This document shows positions 53,878-64,000 of a DNA stretch of 64,000 bases, piece by piece. A program made the position numbers and the translations under genes. Source of the stretch: the human T2T-CHM13v2.0 reference genome, Homo sapiens. The stretch's first letter is position 1, and the number at the start of each line of letters is the position of its first letter. The notes under the pieces are model-generated. The model ran no database searches. It was not told where the DNA came from and saw only the letters and a list, made by a program, of their open reading frames with translations. The stretch is from the NCBI RefSeq assembly GCF_009914755.1, contig NC_060928.1, one strand, 5' to 3'.

Positions 53878-56363
53878 TCAATATTAACCTTGTGTATAAA
53901 TATATTATTAAGTTCTCCACTTAAAAGATATAAACTGGCTAAGTGGATTAAAAAAACTTGATCCAACGTTGCCTAAAAGAAACACACTTTACCTGTAAAA
54001 ACCCAACATAAACTTAAAGAGATGAAAAAAGATACGCCACATAAACAAAAATCAAAAGCAAGAAGGAATAGCTATATTTATATCAGATAAAACAGACTTT
54101 AAACCAAAAAGAGTTTTAAAAGGCAAAGAAAGTCACTATCTATTGATGAAAGGATCAATCCAGCAAAAGAAAATAATTCTAAATACATATGCACCCAACA
54201 CTGGAGCACCCCGATTCCTAAAGCAAATGTTACTAGATCTAAAGAGACAGATTCCAATACAATAGTAGTGGGAGACTTCAACTCAGCATTAGACAGGTCA
54301 TCTAGACAGAAAATCAGCAAAGAAACACTGGATTTAAACTGGACTTTAGACCAAATGGACCTAACAGCTATTTACAGAGCATTTTATCCAACACTGCAGA
54401 ATACACATTCTTCTTATTAACACATGGAACATTCTCCAAGATAGGCCATATGTTAGGCCACAAAACAAATCTCAACAAATTTTAAAAATTGAAATTATAT
54501 CAAGTATCTTCTCAGGCTACAATGGAATAAAATAAAAGTCAATACCAAGAGGAACTTCGGAAACTACTAAATACATGGATATGAAACAATAAGTTCCTGT
54601 ACAATCTCTGGGTCAGTGAAGAAATTAAGATGAAAATCAAAAATTCTTGAAACAAGTGAAAATGAAAACACAACATACTAAAACCCATGAGATACAGTAA
54701 AAGCAGTACTAAAAAAGAAGTTTATAGCAACAAGCCTACATCAAAAAAGTAGATTTAAAATAAATGATCTAACAATGCACCTCAAGGAACTAGAAAAGTA
54801 AGAACAAACCAAACCTCAAACTGCAGAAGAAACAAAGAAATAATAAAGATCAGAACAAGATCAGAAAGAGAATAAAATAAAATAGAGACTAAAAAAAATA
54901 CAGTGGATCAATGAAGCAAAAAAAATGGTTCTTCAAAAAGATAAACAAAATTTATAAACCTTCTATCTAGACTAACCAAAAAAAAGAAGACCCAAATACC
55001 CAAAATCAGAAATGAAAAAGGAGACATTACAACTCATACCACAGAAATACAAAATATCATCAGAGACTTTTATGAACAACGATACACTAACAAATTGGAA
55101 AGCCTAGAGGAAATGAATAAACGCCTGGTAACCTACAACCTACAGAGACTGAATCAGGAAGAAATAAAGAACCTGAACAGACCAATAACAAGTTGCAAGA
55201 TTGAATCAGTAATAAAAACTCTTCCAACAAAGCGAAAGCCCAGGACTGGATGGATTCACCACCAAAGTCTTCCAAACTTATAACAAAGAACTAATAAAGA
55301 ATTAATCCTTTTTAAACTCTTCCAAAAAAACTGAAGAGGCAGGAGTTCTCCAACTCATTCTACAGGGCCAGAATTACCCAGATACCAAAACCAGACAAGG
55401 ACAGGACAAATAAAGAAACTTACAGACCAATATCCCTGATAAATGTGAACTCAAAACTCCTCAACAGAATACCAGCAAACAGAATTCAAGAGCACATCAA
55501 AAAGATAATACACCATCATCAAGTGGGATTTATACCAGGGACACAAGTATCATTCAAATACACAAATCAATAAACATGATACACCACATCAACAGAATGA
55601 AGGGCAAAACTATATTATCATCTCAATAGATGCAGAAAAAGCATTTTATACAATTCAACATCCCTTCATGATAAAAGAAAAAAAACTCTCAACGAACTAA
55701 GCATAGAAGAAACATGCCGCAAAGTAATAAAGGCCATATATGACAAACCCATAGCTAACATCATCCTGAATGGGGAAAAATTGAAATCCTTTCCTCTAAG
55801 AACTAGAATAAGACAAGGATGCCCATTTTCAGGACTCCTATTCAACATAGTACTGGAAATCCTAGCCAGAGCAATCAGGCAAGAGAAAGAAATAAAAGGC
55901 TCCCAAATTGGAAAATAGGGAGTCAAATTGTCCCTTTGCAGATGACATGATCTTATATTTAGAAAGAAAAGCCAAAGACTCCACCAAATATCTCTCAGAA
56001 CTCACAAACAAATTCAGTAAAGTTGTAGAATACAAAATCTACATACAAAAGTCGGTAGTGTTTCTATACAACAATAATGATCTAGCTAAGTAGCAAATCA
56101 AGCAGGCAATCCCATTTACAATAGCCACAGAAAAAAAATAAAATAGGAATAAATTTAACCCAGGAGGTAAAAGATCTCTACAGGAAAAACTACAAAACCC
56201 TGATGAGAGAAATTAAAGATGATACAAACAAATGGAAAGACATCCCATACTCATGGATCAGAAAAATTAATATTGAAATGATCATACTGCCCAAAACAAT
56301 ATACAGATTCAATGCAATCATTATCAAAATACCAATGTTATTTTCACAGACAAAGTAAAAACA

Positions 56364-56622
<259 letters not shown>

Positions 56623-57083
56623 ATAGAACCAAAGAAGAGCCAGAATAGCCAATGCAATCTTGAGCAAAAAGAATAAAGCTGAAGGCATAAGACTACCTGA
56701 TTTCAAAATATATTATGAGGCTATAGTAATCAAAACAGCATAATATTGGTATAAAAATAGACACATTGACCAATGGAGCAAAATAGGGAACCCAGAAATA
56801 AACCCAACTATAAACGGCCACCTGACTTTTGACAAAGATGGGGAAAAAACATCCTTTTCAATAAATGGTGTTGGGAAAACTAGATATTCACATGGAGAAG
56901 AATGAAACTGGATCCCTATTTCTCACCACATACAAAAATCAACTCAAAATAGATTTAAATGTAAAATAGGAAACTAGAAAACTACCAGGAGAAAATGGGG
57001 AAAAGGATATTGGTCTAGGCAAATATTTTATGGCTAAGCTCTCAAAAGCATGGAAAACTAAAATAAAAATAGAGAAATGAGAC

Positions 57084-57442
57084 TGATACAGTTTGGCTGT
57101 GTCCCCACCCAATTCTCATCTTGAATTCCCACATTTTGTGGGAGGAACAAGGTGGGAGGTAACTGGATCATGGGGGCAGGTATTTCCCCTGGTATTCTTG
57201 TGATGGTGGGTGGGTCTCACAATATCTGATGGTATTATAAGGAAGAGTTTCCCTGCACAAGCTTTTTCTTCTTTGCCTGCTGCCATCCATGTAAGATGTG
57301 ACTTGTTCCTCCTTGCCTTTTGCCATGATTGTGAGGCTTCCCCAGCCATGTGAAACTGTAAGTCCATATTAAATATCTTTCTTTTGTAAATTGCCCAGTC
57401 TTGGGTATGTCTTTATCAGCAGTGTGAAAACAGACTAATATA
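57084..57442 (+). mobile_element. THE1-type MaLR solo LTR
   Basis: TGATACAGTTTGGCTGTGTCCCCACCCAA...CAGCAGTGTGAAAACAGACTAATATA; imperfect TSD GAGAC/GAGAA. Confidence 0.9.
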
Positions 57443-57735
57443 GAGAAAATATTAAGCTAAAAAGCTTCTGCACAGCAAAGCAAACAATCAACAGAGGGAA
57501 GAGACAATGTGTTGAGTGAGAGAAAATATTTGCAAACTATCCATTCAACAAGGGACTAATATCCAGAATATACAAGGAACCCAAACAATTCAACAATAGA
57601 AAAAATCACATTAAAAAGTGGACAAAAGACACAAATAGACAAGTCTCAAAAGAAGACATACAAATGGCAAACAGTATATTAACAAATGTTCAACATCACT
57701 AGTCATCAGAGAAATACATGTCAAAACCACAATGA

Positions 57736-57838
57736 GTGCTTCCTTCAGCATCATGTATACTAAAATTGGAATGATACAGAGATTAGCATGGCCCCTGCAC
57801 AAGGATGACATGCAAATTCATGAAGCACTCTATATTTT
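57736..57838 (+). pseudogene. U6 snRNA retropseudogene (RNU6-type)
   Basis: GTGCTTCCTTCAGCA...TATACTAAAATTGGAATGATACAGAGATTAGCATGGCCCCTGCACAAGGATGACATGCAAATTC...ATATTTT; TSD AACCACAATGAG at 57725-57736 and 57848-57859. Confidence 0.93.
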
Positions 57839-58795
57839 CCAGAAAACAACCACAATGAGATATCATATCACTCCAGTTAAAATGGGTATTGTTCTAAAAA
57901 TTATAGAAGGGAGGCTGAAGAGGATTTGGAGAAAAGGGAACTCATACAATTTGGTGGGAATGTAAATTAGTACAACCACAATGTAAAACGGTATGGAGAT
58001 TTCTCAAAAAACTAAAAATAAAACTACTACTTGATTCAGCAATCTCACTACTTGGTATCTACCCAAAGGAAAAGAAAACAGTGTATGAAAAGGATACCCC
58101 CACTCGCATGTTTATCACAGCACTATTCACAATAGCAAAGATATGGAATCAACCTAAGTGTCCATCAGCTGATGAATGAGTGAAGAAAGTGAGATATATG
58201 TATGTATACAATGCAGTGCTATTTGGCCATAAAAAAAGAATGAAATTATGTCATTATCAGCAATATGAATGGAACTGGAGGCCACGTTAAGTGAAATAAC
58301 CCATGCACCAACAGGCAAATATCAGATGTTCTCACTAATATGTGGGAGCTAAAAACTTGATCTCATAAAGGTAGAAGAGCAGAATAATAGATACTGGAAG
58401 CTGGGAAGGTTGGGTGCATGGGAAGGGGAATGAAGAGAGAGAAGTTCAGAGGTACAAACATATAGTTAGATAAAAGGTATAAGTTCTGTTGTTCAACAGC
58501 AGAGTTAACAACAATGTATTGTATATTTCAAAGTAGCTAGAAGAGAGAACTTGAATTCCCAACACCTGGAAATAATAAATACTTAAAGTGATGGACACCT
58601 CAAATGCCTTGACTTGATCATTACATATTCTATGCATGTAACAAAACATAACGTGTGCTCCATAAATATGTAAAATATTATGTATCAATTTTTAAAAATC
58701 CCAATTTAAAATGGGCAAAATATTTGAACAGACACTTCAACAAAATATACACAGAGAGCAAATAAACCCATGAAAATATGCTCAACATGATTAGT

Positions 58796-59227
58796 TGTGG
58801 GGACAAGTATCACTCCATTTTAGATGCTAATCCACCTTGTGAATCCTGACTAACCCCAAGTCCAGGAATGCCTCCAAAATGTCTAGTTGATATATTACTT
58901 CTTACATAGAAACACCTAGTTACTGGAGTTTCACCTTTCCTCCAAAACAACTCTTGATATTGTTGCATGCATCATAGGCTGTGATGCCCACAGCATTCTT
59001 TCAATTCACCATTATTTCCAGAGCACATGGACTTTCTCCCTAATATAGAAGTGCTGGGTCTGGAGGGTTGTGTGGAGATCCACCTGTCTTGCAGCCACGC
59101 AAGACCAGGCTTCTGCCTATAAGTTCCCTAATAAATCACGCTTTACTAACAAACTGGATTTGTCTGCGTTGTTCTTTGGCTCCTGCATTTGGGGGCTGCT
59201 TTGCGTATGTGGCCCTTTTATAGAACA
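58796..59227. mobile_element. Solo ERV LTR (possibly LTR47/ERVL-like)
   Basis: TG...CA ends, AATAAA near 59130, perfect 5-bp TSD TTAGT at 58791-58795 and 59228-59232; family name tentative. Confidence 0.75.
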
Positions 59228-60861
59228 TTAGTAATTCAATTAAATGTTAATAAGATGTCAATACAATCTCAAGGGAGAGGTTCAAAGAAGGGCAAGATCA
59301 ATGTGCGCCAAGGAGGCTTGGAGGTATACTGTTTTATGTGTGTGCTCAATAAACAGACTGAATGAAAAGAACAAAAAAAAGATGTCAATATACACCTTTT
59401 GGAATGGCCAAGTGTTTGTGACGATGTGGAGGAACTTGAACCTTCAGATACTGCTGGTTGGAATGTAAAATTGTACTACTTTGGAAGCCTGTTTGCAGTT
59501 TCTTAAAATGTCAAACATATGCCTAGCATATGGCCCAGGCATTCCTCTCCTAGGTATTTACCCAGAGAAAGGAAAGAATATACCCATACAAAGTCTTATA
59601 CACCAACGTTCATAGCCACAATGTTCATAGCCACTTTAATTATAATAACCAAAACCAGAAAACAATCCAAATGTCCATCATCAGGTTAATGGATAAATAA
59701 ATTATACTATAACCATACAATAGAAGAGTACCCAGCAATAAAAATGAATGAGCTTTTGATACAGGCAAAACCATGGGTGAATCTCAAAATAATTATGCCG
59801 TGAGGAAAGCCAGACAAAAAGTATACATAGACTGTGATTCCATTCATATAAAATCCTAGAAAATGAAAACTAAAACAGACTGACAGAAGATCGTGATTTC
59901 CTAGAAATCAAGGAGTCAGGAAGCGGAGAGATGTAGGAATGAAAAGGGGCACAAGGACACTTTTGGGGGTGGTGGCTGTGTTCATTATCTTGATTGAGGT
60001 GATGGTTTTGTAGACATATTCACATGTCAAAATTTATTAAATTGTGTATCTTAAGTATATGTCATTTACTATATTTTAATTATACCTTATTAAAGCCATT
60101 TAAAGAAATATCTATGTTTTCCAAAACAACTTAATGAGAAAAGTGTCATTGCTTGACATTTTTGCACATCTGGTTTATGTCTTACTTAATACAAGGCAGC
60201 TGGATTCTCATATCTGCTTGCTGCATTCAAAATGTTGCATTATGTTGTTTTAGTTTAAGTATATAAAGAAAATCCATCTTCACACAAATATGTAGTGGGA
60301 AAGGGACAGATGTTTTAATAGCTTTTTGAGATAATTGTGGATATTCTTCTTTGATATCACATCAGAGCTTGACAAGTGGTAGTGTCCTAAAGTTTAGTTG
60401 CAGTATGGAATCTAAAACCAAATTAACAAACTTTTCATACTCTCTTATGTTAAAATCCATTGGTCCATTGTAAAATTGGAATGGATCTTTTTCCATGTAT
60501 AGTATTATAATAGCGTGGTCATTTGGCAAATATTGGTTTGCTGAGTTACATAGATCTTCCAAATGTTGGTACATAATGTTGTACATGTATACAAGTTTAC
60601 ATATGTACACACACACAATATGCATGTAAATAATATACCACTGATATTATTTCAAAAAGTCATCAAGTATTGGAAAACTATCAAACTTACCGTGGTGAAC
60701 ACAAGTTTACCAAAATTCTAATTGTCACTTGAAAATTCAAATTTTATAATTGGCAACAAATACTGGCAGATATTTTGCTTGAAATGACAGCTTCACTTTA
60801 TTCATTTTCTAGAAAAGTCTGCCAAATATTCAAATCTAAAAAAACACAATTTCTACGTCAG

Positions 60862-61232
60862 TGCTATGGCCTGAATGTTTGCGTCCCTCCAAAATTCATA
60901 TGTTGACACCCAATCACCAATGTGATAATATTAGCAGGTGGAGCCTTTGGGAGGTGATTAGATCATGAGAGAAAAGCCTTCATGAATAGAATTAGTGCCC
61001 TTATAAAAAAAAAAAAGGCCCAGAGAGCTGCCTTGTACCCTTTCACCGTGTAAGGAAGCAGCAAGGATGCACCATTCTAGGAACCTGCAAATGGGCCCTC
61101 CCCAGACATTGAAAGTGCCGGCCCCTCGATCTGGACTTCCCTGCCTTCAGAACCAAAAGAAATAGATTTCCATTGTTTATAAACTACCCAGTTTATGGTA
61201 TCTTGTTATAGCAGTCTCAACAGACCAAGATA
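60862..61232 (+). mobile_element. MaLR solo LTR (MLT1A-like)
   Basis: TGCTATGGCCTGAATGTTTGCGTCCCTCCAAAATTCATATGTTG...; TSD GTCAG/GTCAC. Confidence 0.85.
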
Positions 61233-62262
61233 GTCACTCTAAAAACAAAAAATGGTTTTCCCTAAAGAAAGTGACTAGTTCAGCTTGCAGTTCAGTCTCA
61301 CAAGAGCTTTCCTTCAAAACAATCATTATACTTTGGTATAGAGCAAATGTGTTTTATGCATACTTACCATTTCATAACAGCAAATATTAAAGTTATTGAT
61401 TCAAGGGTTGAGATTTAATATAGTTAATTTTTACATCAAGAACATTCTGAACTGAAACCAGTAAGTTTTTTATATGAGTGCATGGTGAACTAGGCATTGG
61501 GCACAATGCCTCATAGTTCAGTGTGATGCCAGTGCTTTCATTTCTGCTATGTCATCAGCAGTTTACCCACCATTGTAGGTGAACTATCAGGTCAAATGTC
61601 AACACAGTGGAAAAGGGTCTTTGGCACCTCTTGGTGCATGGGCCATACTTCAGGGACCATGGTCCTAGCCTGAAAGCACAACACTTCATGTTTGCCCAAA
61701 GTTATCCTGAGAAGTTATCTAATCGCAAGAGATCAGAATGTGCCCTTAATAAGACCAGCCACACTTAAGAGTCCTATCTCATTCATCTAATGAGTATTTT
61801 TTAATTAATAAATACCAGAGTTTAATTCACAAAAGTATAGGTGTAAGTTTTACAGATTTTCAACAGGATTGTGCTTCAAAGGATAAAACTGACCACATTA
61901 AATGTTGGATGATTTTTCTGTTCTTGTCCTCAAAGGAACAGGTGCCAAATGGAATTAGACATGCAAAAACTATGCCAATTTGGGACATTTTTAAAGGAAT
62001 TCTGTGTGAAAATTTTCCATCATATATGGTTTGTGACAAAAACATTCTAATATGGTAAAAATTAATATAATAGCTTTCATAAACACAGTAAGATACCCAA
62101 TGTAATTTTTTCATGACTGTGTGACTCATGTGTACTATATATTGCTGTATACTGAAGGACACAAAGCCCCAACCCAGGTCTGGCAGTGCCTATAAAAGCA
62201 AGGCTACAGACACCATCAGAGCTCTCTGATGATATGGTGTTCACATAGTAGCCATTAATGGC

Positions 62263-64000
<1,738 letters not shown>

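Overview
This is hominid genomic DNA, very probably human given an SVA_F-like element. It is non-genic and made up mostly of transposable elements, and no intact protein-coding gene is supported; nearly all long ORFs are broken LINE-1 ORF1/ORF2 pieces or SVA VNTR frames. There are six primate L1PA elements, called A-F here. A is on the minus strand (4.8-16.6 kb) and is split by near-full-length B (plus). C is minus and internally deleted, D is plus and full-length with an SVA inside it, E is a twin-primed inversion, and F is minus and runs off the window. Older L1M, L2, MIR, MaLR/ERVL LTRs, hAT/Tigger fossils, Alus and a U6 retrocopy fill the rest, many of them nested. Most notable observations: (1) neighbouring L1s share private mutations, including a stop codon, frameshifts and 351-bp and 219-bp perfect inverted tracts, which points to local non-allelic gene conversion; (2) B carries 66 bp of foreign sequence joined at the L1 5'UTR AG, a probable spliced 5' transduction; (3) the SVA has a serial 3' transduction; (4) D has a 3' transduction and two template-switch mutations. 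Subfamily names come from recalled consensus features and in-window comparison, not from a database search.
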